A stretch of DNA of 61,537 nt from Gammaproteobacteria bacterium (GCA_020051015.1 JAGVJQ010000024.1:1-61537), one strand, 5' to 3'; positions 40,421-50,487 are shown, counted from the first letter of the stretch. Notes: generated from the letters alone by a model not told the origin. Numbers and translations are program-made.

Positions 40421-41281
40421 CTATTGTCCAATGAAGTTAATAATATCATTCTTTAACCCCGCTGTTGCCAAAAGCAATTGATTATCTTCTTGACCAAAGC
40501 CTGAAAGGTAATTTTTTCGTTCAATAATAATGGGGCCAGCAAAATTATGCTGATATAGATAAGATAACAACTTTTGATAATAAAAACCTGACTTTATATT
40601 GCGCTCGCTAGGCAAAGTATTTGCTATATAGACTTTGCCTAGATACGGCAACAGACTCCCAAGAATATTATGGCACCATTCTTCACTATCATAAACCGTT
40701 TTATATTGTGAAATATTTAATGCCAATTCAAAGTTAAATTCTTTGCATATTGACATCAAATCTGCCATATCAAATCCAACATGGTAATTAGTTTGTATTG
40801 GAATATATTCCAATAATATTTTAATATTTAATTTATCTGCATAAAAAGCCACTTTTTCTAATGCATGTCGAAGATTTTTTAACCTTACATTTTGATCAAG
40901 TTTTTTATTCATATGATGTAGATAATAAGTAACATTGTTACAGCCAAGATCAACAGCTAACTCGATTGATTCCATCATGCGCCATAAAGCTTCTTGTCTT
41001 ATAACAGGATTAATTGCTGACAAATCTGTTTCACTACCTACATAAGGCGCATGTAAACAAAAATTTAACCCTTTCCTATTTTTTAATCGCAATAATTTTT
41101 TTATTTCTTCCACGAATGCGTATTTATCAGATTCAAAAAAATGGCGAATTTGATTTTCAAGCTCAATTTCAATGATATTAAAATGCTGGCTTAAGTGATT
41201 TACTGCATCCAGCAGATTAATGGAATAGTGACAAATATTCGTCGAAACGCCAATTTGTCCTACAACTACAGACGCGCTCAT
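40421..41281 (-). CDS. Xylose-isomerase-like/AP-endonuclease-2 TIM barrel protein, apparently degenerate
   Basis: LHAPY...DLSA.NP.IR...SIELA..LG; LLE; Y...F.GPIIIE; AAGGAAG RBS. Confidence 0.7.
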   Translation of the reverse strand: MSASVVVGQIGVSTNICHYSINLLDAVNHLSQHFNIIEIELENQIRHFFESDKYAFVEEIKKLLRLKNRKGLNFCLHAPYVGSETDLSAINPVIRQEALWRMMESIELAVDLGCNNVTYYLHHMNKKLDQNVRLKNLRHALEKVAFYADKLNIKILLEYIPIQTNYHVGFDMADLMSICKEFNFELALNISQYKTVYDSEEWCHNILGSLLPYLGKVYIANTLPSERNIKSGFYYQKLLSYLYQHNFAGPIIIERKNYLSGFGQEDNQLLLATAGLKNDIINFIGQ

Positions 41282-41315
41282 ACCGCTTCCTTGCCAATTA
41301 AATTTTTTATTGAAT

Positions 41316-41340
41316 GTAGGACGTGAGTGATCACGCCCTA
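41316..41340 (+). repeat. Short GTAG hairpin (REP-like)
   Basis: gtaggacgtga-gtga-tcacgcccta. Confidence 0.45.
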
Positions 41341-41377
41341 ATGATCTCGATGCGTTGAAGCCATTGAGAAATTACAT

Positions 41378-41602
41378 TGGATCTCTTTCGAAACTCTACT
41401 TCTATGGGTCAAATACTGCGTTGCTTCGGTGCTCGACAAAACGACAGGAGGTTGTTTTGCACGCAACGTAGTTGCGCCCGAAGGGCGAAGACCAGGGATG
41501 GCCTGAGTGTATTCCTCACAGACGGCCATGTATGCTCCAGTTCTTCGCTCCGATGCGCCTTGTATTTGACCCATATAAGCGAGTTTCGAAAAATGAGGTC
41601 CA
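41378..41602 (-). mobile_element. RPE-1-like palindromic element with about 75-nt internal insert
   Basis: TIRs tttcgaaactc..tatgggtcaaatac / gtatttgacccata..gagtttcgaaa; translation FSKLAY...ERRTGAY..V.E...STEAT resembles the RPE-1 peptide. Confidence 0.78.
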
Positions 41603-41867
41603 TTACTTCGGCTTGAGTTGGACAGAAAAATCATGAGCTGATAAAATGCGTCTGCTAATGATGTCCTGTCATTAGTCCTCGTAATCGGCAGTTAGGTATG
41701 CGGCCCCTGCCGATTACACCAAAGTATTTATAATGTTTACCTTAATTATCTATTCGTCAATCATTTTTTAACTCTTTTTTTTATATAAATAGATTTTATT
41801 TTTTTATTTTCATATTTAAGCTCTATTTGAAAATGCATGCAAGCGTAAATGTGTTTTCAAAAAAGTT

Positions 41868-41940
41868 CCCCGCAGCTACACGTGCATAATTGCCGCATCA
41901 CATTTGTAGAAGCTGTGTGGGAGAGGGTTGGGGAGAGGGG
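41868..41940 (-). repeat. CCCTCTCCC repeat, long-loop form
   Basis: Reverse complement aligns with 45171-45243 along its length. Confidence 0.85.
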
Positions 41941-42026
41941 CATCTCGCAGATTCGCACCAATTTAGATTAATTCACTTCTCCGTCTGGTATTGTGGGGCA
42001 CTTCATTTCATGCTAAAAACAAGCCT

Positions 42027-42090
42027 GACAGCCCCCCTCTCCCCCAACCCCTCCCCCGCACTTCGTGGGGGGAGGGGAGCAGATTGTGCA
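42027..42090 (+). repeat. CCCTCTCCC repeat, short-loop form
   Basis: gacagcccccctctcccccaacccctcccccgcacttcgtggggggaggggagcagattgtgca; similar to 11233. Confidence 0.8.
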
Positions 42091-42148
42091 TAATGCACGT
42101 TCAGTGCTTCGTACAAAAATTGACGAGGATTAGTCCATATGCAATATG

Positions 42149-42178
42149 GCCCTGCGCCTTCGCGAGGGCAGGCTCTAC
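42149..42178 (-). repeat. GTAG REP-like hairpin
   Basis: Minus strand GTAGAGCCT-GCCCTCGCGAAGGCGCAGGGC. Confidence 0.45.
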
Positions 42179-42201
42179 ATTAGATCAGTGATGCGTTGAA
42201 G

Positions 42202-42822
42202 TTAACTCTTTCGATACCAAACAATTTCATGCACATTTTGCATGTCATTGCTGTTGAGAGGGGTTGCGCGATCAAGAGGATGAATGGTTAATTCATCATG
42301 ATATTTTACTGTTCCAAAGCCTTTGGCCCCGGTATGAGTAATATAAAAAACAATATGATTTTGCCAATAATGTAATTGATCCGTTGGAATTTCTTTGAAG
42401 CCAAGAAAATCGCCTTTGTGCGCTAATGGTTTATAACAATCATCATTCACATTGACAATATTGATCCCTGGAAAGGCTGCCTTAATCGCATAAACTTCAT
42501 TTACTAATGGATTATCAGCCCCGCCTTCCCTGACAGCCATACAAGAAGAGTCTTTCGATTCAGCATTGGCTTCAAATAATGAGATAGGAGAGATACCTTT
42601 ACCGTACATCATCCAGTCGAAGGTACATGCAAAACCAATTTTAGTCAGCTCACTGATAATTTTTTTGACTGCTTTTTCGCCAAAATGCTTTTGGCCATTT
42701 TCCCAGCTACGGATCGTGAAAGGGCTAGAGGCAATGACTTTAGAAAATTCTTCACGAGTCATTCCCAAATATAATCGAATTTTTTTCAGTCGCTTCGCCT
42801 GTTCACTCACTAAGTCTGACAT
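42202..42822 (-). CDS. XRE-family HTH regulator with degenerate S24-like C-terminus
   Basis: RLKKIR...GMTREEFS......TIRSWENG; WMMYGKG; VNDDCYKP....GD. Confidence 0.8.
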   Translation of the reverse strand: MSDLVSEQAKRLKKIRLYLGMTREEFSKVIASSPFTIRSWENGQKHFGEKAVKKIISELTKIGFACTFDWMMYGKGISPISLFEANAESKDSSCMAVREGGADNPLVNEVYAIKAAFPGINIVNVNDDCYKPLAHKGDFLGFKEIPTDQLHYWQNHIVFYITHTGAKGFGTVKYHDELTIHPLDRATPLNSNDMQNVHEIVWYRKS

Positions 42823-42931
42823 ATTTTATTTCCGTGCTGGCACATTATGCGAAATTTTAACATCAAACAGGTGAAATCCAAAATATTGCGCGCTGGCATC
42901 ACGGGCCTAGCTTTTTACTGGTTGGTATTGC

Positions 42932-42959
42932 TTGACAATAAGGGCAAATATTATACAAT
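42932..42959 (+). promoter_or_regulatory. Putative sigma-70 promoter divergent from the XRE gene
   Basis: TTGACA-N16-TACAAT. Confidence 0.5.
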
Positions 42960-43106
42960 TCGAGGCTTGATTTTTTATCCCTCTTATAAACAAAAATGTG
43001 GGTTTTCAGGTAGGTCGTCATAATATTCGTTTTTTATCGACGGTGAGATTGTTTGTGTCCATTTTTAGCGATGCGCTATCATCAAATCTCATCGTGATAT
43101 ACTACC

Positions 43107-43258
43107 GATCTTTCGTAGGGGCGTATTGCATACGCCCATTTACCAGACATTAGAAATCTTTCATCTTGTATGATATTTCCAATATCACTATGCTAATGTA
43201 TTAGCTAGATTGGTGATTGGGCGAGATGGGCGTATGCAATACGCCCCTACGAAAGATC
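43107..43258. repeat. REPIN of two inverted REP-C units
   Basis: Perfect 33-bp inverted repeats gatctttcgtaggggcgtattgcatacgcccat around an 86-nt spacer. Confidence 0.9.
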
Positions 43259-43345
43259 TATCTAACCTGAATGATGAAAGAAGGGTTCAAATTCGAATAT
43301 TGAGGCAATATCTATACTTTAGTTATTGTCCGCAGGAGCAAACCT

Positions 43346-43651
43346 ATGACTTGGTATTTGGCCGCCACCAAAAATGAATTCAAAACCGATCATTTTAAAA
43401 CTGTTTTTATCGATGATATAAAAATTTTAATTATTCATCTTAACGGTCGCTTTTATGCCATTCAAGATTTATGTACCCATGATGGTGGCGATTTAGCTGG
43501 CGGTGAAATTGAAGATGATGAAATCATTTGCCCACGCCATGGTGCACGTTTTTGTATCATGACTGGCGAAGTACGCACCCCACCTGCCTATGAGGATATT
43601 GAGACATTTCCAGTAAAATTGGATGGCGATGACATTTGGCTTGATGTGTAA
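43346..43651 (+). CDS. Rieske 2Fe-2S ferredoxin
   Basis: CTH...CPRHGARF Rieske ligands; AGGAG RBS. Confidence 0.92.
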   Translation: MTWYLAATKNEFKTDHFKTVFIDDIKILIIHLNGRFYAIQDLCTHDGGDLAGGEIEDDEIICPRHGARFCIMTGEVRTPPAYEDIETFPVKLDGDDIWLDV

Positions 43652-43652
43652 A

Positions 43653-45017
43653 TCAAACCATCCATTCGCGCAAAGTAGTCACCGCTTCAGACAAGCTACT
43701 CACCCCCGCAACTTGCAATCCATCTTGTAATTGTTTGGGTAAATTACCCTTTGGCACAATCGCACGTTTAAATCCATGCTTAGCTGCTTCGCGTAAACGT
43801 TCTTGTCCACTTTGTACAGGACGAATTTCGCCCGCCAATCCAACTTCACCAAATACCACTAAATCATTTGGTAAGGGTTTATTACGCAAGCTGGAATACA
43901 CTGCAAATAATAAGGCTAAATCCGCTGCTGTTTCTGATAATCGTACACCACCCACAACATTAATAAAGACGTCTTGATTGAAAGTGGCGACTTGCCCATG
44001 GCGATGTAAAACCGCAAGCAAAATTGCTAATCGATTTTGTTCCATTCCCGCCGTTACTCGACGTGGATTGGGTGCATGTGAATCGTCAACTAAGGCTTGT
44101 ACTTCTACTAGTAACGGTCGACTGCCTTCCCATGTTACCATGACAACACTTCCAGAAACGGGTTGATCATAACGCGATAAAAATAATGCGGAAGGATTTG
44201 TCACTAAACGTAATCCTTTTTCAGTCATCGCAAATACGCCTAACTCATTGACAGCACCAAAACGATTTTTAATCGCTCGTACTACACGAAAACGACTGTC
44301 TTTTTCACCTTCAAAATATAAAACCGCATCTACCATGTGTTCTAACACACGAGGTCCGGCAAGACTTCCGTCTTTGGTAACATGTCCAACCAGAAAAATC
44401 GCCGTGTGACTTTGTTTAGCAAAACGAACTAATTGCGCGGCACTTTCACGTACTTGCCCAACACTACCTGGGGCTGATTGCATCATTTCGGTATAAATAG
44501 TTTGAATAGAGTCAATGACCATAATTTGGGGTTTTTCTTGCTGGGCAATTGCCAAAATTTGTTCGACCTGTGTTTCTGCTAGCAATTTTAAATTATCTTC
44601 GGGTAATCCAAGTCGTTTTGCGCGCATAGTGACTTGTTGTAATGACTCTTCACCAGTGACATAAAGTGATGGATATTTTGCACTCATATGCGCAAGTGTT
44701 TGTAGTAATAATGTTGATTTACCAATGCCAGGATCACCACCTAATAATACGACGGAACCCGCAACCAAACCACCGCCCAAAACACGATCTAGTTCTGTTA
44801 ATTCTGTCGCCATGCGTGATTGCTCTTTTAATTCAACTTCGGTCATTGGCGTTACTTTGCCATTTACCGCAGCCGCATAACCTGATTGTGCTTTTTTGAT
44901 ATTCATCGCTTGTTCTTCTTGTAGTGTATTCCATCCACCACAATCCATACATTGACCTACCCATTTTGGAAAATTTGCTCCGCAGGCCTGACAGCGAAAA
45001 ATTGTTTTGATTTTCAA
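43653..45017 (-). CDS. radA: DNA repair protein RadA/Sms
   Basis: C4 zinc finger, GDPGIGKS, KNRFG, Lon-like C-terminus; TTG start at 45017 inferred. Confidence 0.97.
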   Translation of the reverse strand: MKIKTIFRCQACGANFPKWVGQCMDCGGWNTLQEEQAMNIKKAQSGYAAAVNGKVTPMTEVELKEQSRMATELTELDRVLGGGLVAGSVVLLGGDPGIGKSTLLLQTLAHMSAKYPSLYVTGEESLQQVTMRAKRLGLPEDNLKLLAETQVEQILAIAQQEKPQIMVIDSIQTIYTEMMQSAPGSVGQVRESAAQLVRFAKQSHTAIFLVGHVTKDGSLAGPRVLEHMVDAVLYFEGEKDSRFRVVRAIKNRFGAVNELGVFAMTEKGLRLVTNPSALFLSRYDQPVSGSVVMVTWEGSRPLLVEVQALVDDSHAPNPRRVTAGMEQNRLAILLAVLHRHGQVATFNQDVFINVVGGVRLSETAADLALLFAVYSSLRNKPLPNDLVVFGEVGLAGEIRPVQSGQERLREAAKHGFKRAIVPKGNLPKQLQDGLQVAGVSSLSEAVTTLREWMV

Positions 45018-45170
45018 GTTAGTTTCGACCTTTTTATTTGATAAAGATTTATTTAGATAAATGAAAAATACCACTATTTAGGGTTTTAGCAAAATATTAG
45101 AAATATGGTGTATGGTAAGGCCGGCCTTGTGCCCATACACGCCAAGCTAAGACCTGCTAATCTTAAATAA

Positions 45171-45251
45171 CCCCTCTCCCCAACCCTCTCCCGCACAGCT
45201 TCAACAGCAATGATACGGCAATGATGAGCGTGTAGCTGCGGGGCGAGGGAG
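45171..45251 (+). repeat. CCCTCTCCC repeat, long-loop form
   Basis: cccctctccccaaccctctcccgcacagct...agctgcggggcgagggag. Confidence 0.85.
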
Positions 45252-45340
45252 CTTTTCGTGCAACCTTTAAACTCTTCTCACTTAGCTTGATGCATATGGG
45301 TCTTGTGTCTACCCTGGCGACTTTGAAAAGGCGAAAAAAC

Positions 45341-45380
45341 AAAAAAGGGATTAAAACCTAAAAGTCTTAATCCCTTTTTT
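45341..45380 (-). terminator. Intrinsic (bidirectional) terminator
   Basis: aaaaaagggattaa...ttaatccctttttt. Confidence 0.8.
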
Positions 45381-45397
45381 ATACATTTAACTTGATA

Positions 45398-45859
45398 TTA
45401 TGAACTTACAACATGCCATTGGCCAGTTGAATCACGGCAAGCGGTACTATACACCTGTTGCGTTTGGCCACCAACCAAAGCAGAAGCAGTGAAATCACGG
45501 CAAGGTTCGCCGGTTGGGCTAGTGAATGTTCGAGTCGGTGTAACAGTATAGGTCGTATTAGAACTTGGGTTAGTCCAGGTTAACGGTTGATTGGTCTTGC
45601 TGGATTCTAACGCTTGATTGACTCTTGTATTGTCGCTGTCATCCATTGACTTACCAACGTCACCACCTAGCGAACCACTCATCATCACGCCAGTATTGCT
45701 GTTTACCGTGGTTGGAACATTATTGACGGTGTTAACTGTCGTTCCACTCGCACTCATAGTATCCACTGGAGCAGGAGAGTTATTGCTCATTAACGTTGAA
45801 CATCCAGCCACTGACAAAGACATTAATGCAGTTAACGAAAGCGCCCTAACTATCTTCAT
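45398..45859 (-). CDS. RT0821/Lpp0805-family (17-kDa antigen-like) lipoprotein
   Basis: Lipobox VAGC; GKSMD..D, W.NP, PCRDF...ACR...G.W motifs. Confidence 0.8.
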   Translation of the reverse strand: MKIVRALSLTALMSLSVAGCSTLMSNNSPAPVDTMSASGTTVNTVNNVPTTVNSNTGVMMSGSLGGDVGKSMDDSDNTRVNQALESSKTNQPLTWTNPSSNTTYTVTPTRTFTSPTGEPCRDFTASALVGGQTQQVYSTACRDSTGQWHVVSS

Positions 45860-45957
45860 GATATTTCCCCATTTGCTATACATTAGACATTTTTACCAAA
45901 CTTAGTTTACTTTAGCATAGTTCATTTTGATAAGAAATGTTGGTATTTTTCATACAA

Positions 45958-48900
45958 TTAAGATTGTAATGGTGTATAAGAATAATCCTGTCCACTTTCT
46001 AAAGCTTGAATAATTGCCGTTGCTTCCGCTAATGTCGTAGCGCAGCAAATACGATGCTGTAATGCGGCACGACGCACAGAAGCAGAGTTGGCAATGGCGT
46101 GGCGTTCACTGGCAGTATTAATAATAAAAGTTACTGCTTGATTTTTGATCAAGTCAATAACATTAGGACGCCCCTCATGAACTTTACTGATTGCTGCACC
46201 ATGGATACCAGCAGCCTTTAATGTTTGTAACGTACCGTAAGTGGCTTCGATGGTAAAACCAAGCGTCATTAAGCGTTGCGCTAATTTTACTAGTGCAAAT
46301 TTATCTTCATCACGCACACTCAATACCGCTTTGCCACGCTTGGGTAATTGTAAACCAGCCGCAATCATCGCCTTGCCATAAGCTTGACCAAAATTCTTTG
46401 CGCGCCCCATGACTTCACCTGTTGATTTCATTTCTGGGCCGGGAATAGGATCGACGCCTGGAAATTTTATAAAAGGAAATACAGGGACTTTGACAGCAAA
46501 ACCTGTTGTTTCAAATTTAAAAAATGAAGTTTGTCCATCGACGGTGATATTTTGAAGGGCGTCTCGACCAGGGATGGTACGAAGAGCCGAGTACATGGAT
46601 GTACGTCCCTGAGAAACATCACCGTCGATGGACAATACATTTTTTAACTTCTGCCCCAACATCACTTGCACCGCTAATTTAATAATCGGCACGCTGATCG
46701 CTTTCGCCACAAATGGCATCGTACGTGAAGCACGTGGATTGACTTCCAATACATAAATCTGGTTATTTTGAATGGCAAATTGCACATTCATCAATCCAAT
46801 AACGCCCATGCTTAATGCTAATTTTGTTGTTTGACGACACAATTCATCTTGCACATCTTGCGACAAACTAAATGGTGGTAAACTGCATGATGAATCACCC
46901 GAATGCACACCAGCTTGTTCGATATGTTCCATAACGCCAGTAATTAATACCGTTTTCCCATCACAAATTGCATCAACATCGACTTCAATCGCATTATCAA
47001 GGAATTGATCGACTAATACCGGCGTATCCGCAGCAGCGCCCAATGCTCGCACTAAATAATGTTCGAGTGCTTCAGGATCATGAACGATTTCCATCGCCTG
47101 ACCACCAAGAACAAAAGATGGCCTTACTAACAATGGATAAATTAATTTATTTGCCGCGTGTATACCTTCTTCAAGGTTAGTAATTGCGACACAAGCAGGT
47201 TGTTGTAAATTTAGCTGATTAATTAAATTTGAAAACTGTGCTCTATCTTCAGCAAGATCAATCACTGAAGATGGCGTACCTAATAATTTAAACCCGGCAT
47301 GCTCAATGGCATGTGCCAGTTTTAATGGAGTTTGCCCGCCTAATTGTACAATGACGCCATCTGGTTTTTCTAATTCCAAAATGGCTAATACATGTTCTTC
47401 TGATAGTGGTTCAAAGTATAAACGATCAGCAGTATCATAATCTGTCGATACAGTCTCAGGATTACAGTTAATCATTATCGCTTGATAACCAGCTTGTTTT
47501 AATGCATATGCCGCATGCACGCAACAATAATCAAATTCAATGCCTTGGCCAATACGATTGGGACCGCTACCAATAATCACAACTTTAGGCACATTCTCAA
47601 CACGAGCTTCACAAGAATCCTGATAAGTAGAATACATATAAGCGGTAGAGGCAGAGAATTCTCCGGCACAACTATCAACACGTTGAAAAACAGGTTTCAC
47701 ACCTAATGCCATACGTTGTTCACGCACTTGGGTTTCAGTTACGTCTAACAATTGAGATAAGCGTTTATCAGTAAATCCTTGCCGTTTTAGCTTTTTCCAT
47801 TGATCAACATCTAATTGTTGTAATTTTGAAAATTTAATCGCTTTTGCCGCTGCAGCTGACATAAATAATTTTGAGCCCACTGAAATTAATTCTGCCCCTT
47901 GCTGCAAAAACCAAGGATCAATACCTGTCAGTTGATACACCTCTGCTACTGTTAATCCCAAACGAAAGGCATCAGCAAAATAAAGTAATCGCTCAGGACC
48001 CGGATTATGTAATGCTGCTCTCACTTGCTCTAGTGCATCCGGTTGCGATAAACAAACACGTGACTCAAAACCGCATAAACCTGTTTCTAAGCTGATAATT
48101 GCCTTTTGAAAGGCTTGCTGGAAATTTTGACCGAGTGCCATCACTTCACCAACTGATTTCATTTGTGTTGTCAATGTTGTGTCAGCTTGTGGGAATTTTT
48201 CAAAATGAAACCGCGGTAACTTTACTACCACGTAATCAATCGATGGTTCAAATGACATTGGAATAACGCCATTAGTCATATCATTTCGAATTTCATCTAA
48301 CGTATATCCAACAGCTAATTTAGCAGCTACTTTTGCAATAGGAAAACCCGTTGCTTTTGAGGCTAAAGCTGATGAACGCGAAACACGTGGATTCATTTCA
48401 ATGACTAACATGCGACCTGTTTTTGGCTCCACCGCAAATTGCACATTAGAACCACCCGTTTCTACACCAATTTCGCGTAAGATCGCAATCGACGCGGCGC
48501 GCATGGCTTGATATTCTTTATCTGTCAATGTCTGAGCAGGCGCCACTGTAATTGAATCGCCGGTATGAATACCCACTGGATCCATATTTTCAATTGAGCA
48601 AACAATAATGCAATTATCATTTTTATCACGTACGACTTCTAATTCAAACTCTTTCCAACCTAAGATTGACTCTTCAATTAATAACTCGTGATTGGCGGAC
48701 AACTCAAAACCACGTTCACAAATTGATTGGAATTCTTCGAGATGATAAGCAATGCCACCACCGCTACCGCCTAAGGTATAAGAAGGACGAATGACGACTG
48801 GAAAGCCAAATTCCATTTGTGCTGTTAATGCATCGGTCATTGAATAAACTGCTTTTGACCGCGCAACTTCTAAACCAATTTTTTGCATAGCTAAGCGAAA

Positions 48901-49293
48901 TAAAGCACGATCCTCCGCTTTTTCAATCGCCTCTTGTGATGCACCAATTAATTCCACGTGAAAATCAGCAAGTACACCTTGTTGCGCTAATGCTAACGCA
49001 CAATTTAATGCGGTTTGTCCACCCATGGTTGGCAATAATGCATCTGGTTTTTCTTGTTCAATAATACGCGCAACGACTTCAGGCGTAATAGGCTCAATAT
49101 ATGTTGCATCGGCTAATTCTGGATCGGTCATAATCGTGGCTGGATTGGAGTTTACCAAAATCACTCGATAGCCTTCTTCTTTTAATGCTTTGCATGCTTG
49201 TACGCCGGAATAATCAAATTCACACGCTTGCCCAATGATAATTGGCCCCGCACCGAGAATTAAAATGGATTGAATGTCAGTTCGTTTTGGCAT
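45958..49293 (-). CDS. carB: Carbamoyl-phosphate synthase large subunit (with in-frame MITE insert)
   Basis: [17 protein letters not shown], two ATP-grasp domains, [12 protein letters not shown] domain. Confidence 0.98.
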   Translation of the reverse strand: MPKRTDIQSILILGAGPIIIGQACEFDYSGVQACKALKEEGYRVILVNSNPATIMTDPELADATYIEPITPEVVARIIEQEKPDALLPTMGGQTALNCALALAQQGVLADFHVELIGASQEAIEKAEDRALFRLAMQKIGLEVARSKAVYSMTDALTAQMEFGFPVVIRPSYTLGGSGGGIAYHLEEFQSICERGFELSANHELLIEESILGWKEFELEVVRDKNDNCIIVCSIENMDPVGIHTGDSITVAPAQTLTDKEYQAMRAASIAILREIGVETGGSNVQFAVEPKTGRMLVIEMNPRVSRSSALASKATGFPIAKVAAKLAVGYTLDEIRNDMTNGVIPMSFEPSIDYVVVKLPRFHFEKFPQADTTLTTQMKSVGEVMALGQNFQQAFQKAIISLETGLCGFESRVCLSQPDALEQVRAALHNPGPERLLYFADAFRLGLTVAEVYQLTGIDPWFLQQGAELISVGSKLFMSAAAAKAIKFSKLQQLDVDQWKKLKRQGFTDKRLSQLLDVTETQVREQRMALGVKPVFQRVDSCAGEFSASTAYMYSTYQDSCEARVENVPKVVIIGSGPNRIGQGIEFDYCCVHAAYALKQAGYQAIMINCNPETVSTDYDTADRLYFEPLSEEHVLAILELEKPDGVIVQLGGQTPLKLAHAIEHAGFKLLGTPSSVIDLAEDRAQFSNLINQLNLQQPACVAITNLEEGIHAANKLIYPLLVRPSFVLGGQAMEIVHDPEALEHYLVRALGAAADTPVLVDQFLDNAIEVDVDAICDGKTVLITGVMEHIEQAGVHSGDSSCSLPPFSLSQDVQDELCRQTTKLALSMGVIGLMNVQFAIQNNQIYVLEVNPRASRTMPFVAKAISVPIIKLAVQVMLGQKLKNVLSIDGDVSQGRTSMYSALRTIPGRDALQNITVDGQTSFFKFETTGFAVKVPVFPFIKFPGVDPIPGPEMKSTGEVMGRAKNFGQAYGKAMIAAGLQLPKRGKAVLSVRDEDKFALVKLAQRLMTLGFTIEATYGTLQTLKAAGIHGAAISKVHEGRPNVIDLIKNQAVTFIINTASERHAIANSASVRRAALQHRICCATTLAEATAIIQALESGQDYSYTPLQS
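46531..46635. mobile_element. In-frame palindromic MITE inside carB
   Basis: Perfect 18-bp IRs ttgtccatcgacggtgat/atcaccgtcgatggacaa; 105 bp = 35 codons; core matches 26194-26260. Confidence 0.88.
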
Positions 49294-49302
49294 GAAATAA
49301 CC

Positions 49303-50430
49303 TTAAACAGCTTCTAAAAATTCGTCAAAAATATTATTCGCATCTAATGGACCAGGACTGGCTTCTGGATGGCCTTGCACACTCATGACGGGTTTATTAG
49401 TATGACGAAAACCTTGTACCGTATCATCAAATAATGATCGATGGGTTATTTGTAATTCAGGTGGCAATGTTGTTTCATCGACCGCAAAATTATGATTTTG
49501 ACTCGTAACTTGCACGCGACCATTTCGTAAGTCTTTAACGGGATGATTAATACCGTGATGACCAAACTTCATTTTAAATGTTTGTGCCCCAAGTGCTAAT
49601 GCTAACAATTGATGGCCGAGACAAATACCCAATATCGGCAATTCAGCCGATAGTAATTGCCGAATTTCTTCAATAATTTGACCACATGCATCAGGATCCC
49701 CAGGGCCATTAGATAAGACTACTGCATCAGGTTTTAGCGCCAAAACCTCTTTGCTCGGTGTTAATGCAGGCACAACCGTCACTCGACATCCGCGATCAAC
49801 TAATTGCCGTAAAATGGCATATTTTACGCCAAAATCGTAGACCACAAGATGCTTCTGGTTAGCTTGAGACTTCGGTATTTCTTTTGCATGTTGTCGTATT
49901 AACATTGAGCTTCCTTCAGTCCACTCATAAATTTTTCGTGTACTTACTTCAGCTGTTAAATCACGACCTAACATTAATGGTACTTCTTGCGCAAGATTAA
50001 TGGCCATTGTTGCATTAGGATCTTTAGCCATAATACAGGCCATTTGCGAACCACGTTCACGCAAATAAATTGTCAATTGCCGTGTATCAATCCCGGCAAT
50101 ACCCACTAATTTTTGCTCAATTAACCAATCAGAAAACGATTGTTCTGAGCGCCAATTACTGGCTATGGAGGAACACTCACGCACAATGACCCCTGTCGCC
50201 CAGGCTCGATGCGACTCTCGATCTGCGTGATTGACACCGACGTTACCAATGTGCGGCGCAGTAAACATCACCATTTGCCCAGCATAAGAGGGATCAGTTA
50301 ACACTTCTTGATAGCCGCTCATGGCTGTATTAAATACCACTTCACCCGTAGTAATTCCATGAAAACCAATAGCCTCACCCCAAAACAGGGTACCATCGGC
50401 AAAAGCTAATAAAGCAGGCACAGCTGACAC
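49303..50430 (-). CDS. carA: Carbamoyl-phosphate synthase small subunit
   Basis: GEVVFNT, LSNGPGDP, GICLGHQ, TSQNH, QGHPEASPGP motifs. Confidence 0.97.
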   Translation of the reverse strand: MSAVPALLAFADGTLFWGEAIGFHGITTGEVVFNTAMSGYQEVLTDPSYAGQMVMFTAPHIGNVGVNHADRESHRAWATGVIVRECSSIASNWRSEQSFSDWLIEQKLVGIAGIDTRQLTIYLRERGSQMACIMAKDPNATMAINLAQEVPLMLGRDLTAEVSTRKIYEWTEGSSMLIRQHAKEIPKSQANQKHLVVYDFGVKYAILRQLVDRGCRVTVVPALTPSKEVLALKPDAVVLSNGPGDPDACGQIIEEIRQLLSAELPILGICLGHQLLALALGAQTFKMKFGHHGINHPVKDLRNGRVQVTSQNHNFAVDETTLPPELQITHRSLFDDTVQGFRHTNKPVMSVQGHPEASPGPLDANNIFDEFLEAV

Positions 50431-50487
50431 ATTGACTCCAGTAAAGACAAGAAAGTGCGGCTATTGTAGCGCGAAGTGGGGGGAAAA

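Noticed and set aside
41636-41680. Fluoride riboswitch-like gctaatga motif
   Set aside because: The upstream GGYGATGG...CRCC element is absent and no fluoride-related gene follows.
41890-42191. Small ORFs containing GEGWGEG or PLSPNPSP peptides
   Set aside because: They are translations of CCCTCTCCC repeats.
47821-47890. A second short (~10 aa) insertion in CarB as another MITE
   Set aside because: No inverted repeats or similarity to the repeat families; probably ordinary loop variation.
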